Shown here one piece after another: positions 63,971 to 64,000 of a DNA stretch of 64,000 nt. The translations under genes and the position numbers were made by a program. Source of the stretch: Mobula hypostoma (taxonomy: Eukaryota); NCBI RefSeq assembly GCF_963921235.1, contig NC_086097.1, positions 111,912,001 to 111,976,000 on the forward strand, written 5' to 3'. The notes beneath the pieces are model-generated. The model searched no databases and was not told the DNA's origin. It saw only the letters and a program-made list of their open reading frames with translations. How positions within the stretch are numbered: position 1 is the first letter of the stretch; every line of letters starts with the position of its first letter.

Positions 63971-64000
63971 AATATATTTGTAAGATATATAAAATATATA

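Noticed and set aside
58447..64000. DPYS exon 7 (expected to begin roughly HSGKMDENRFVAVTS)
   Set aside because: No matching translation seen; presumably beyond the window.

Overview
Eukaryotic vertebrate DNA. The repeat families (CR1, Rex1/Babar, V-SINE-like, Penelope-derived) suggest a cartilaginous fish, probably a ray; this is inference. The only host protein-coding gene I can support is dihydropyrimidinase (DPYS) on the + strand. Six coding exons (2415-2678, 29638-29796, 31912-32091, 46091-46280, 52618-52774, 58305-58446) have GT-AG boundaries and splice into 364 uninterrupted codons with all metal-binding residues; the rest of the gene lies beyond the window. The introns are packed with nested transposons: at least six copies of a young CR1 family (one with an intact 1001-codon ORF2), older CR1s, a full-length decayed L1 with a 10-bp TSD, a Rex1/Babar LINE, a Penelope element, two solo LTRs with 5-bp TSDs, a truncated Gypsy element, Tc1/mariner/Tigger relics and SINEs. 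Most notable observations: (1) an intronless RBM25 fragment fused in frame to the Gypsy gag-protease region; (2) fold-back Penelope-derived mini-elements with 13-14 bp TSDs carrying minimal hammerhead ribozyme motifs; (3) a probable gene-conversion patch between two inverted CR1 copies; (4) inverted CR1 pairs flanking the frame-preserving exons 2-3. I found no prokaryote-type system (CRISPR etc.).
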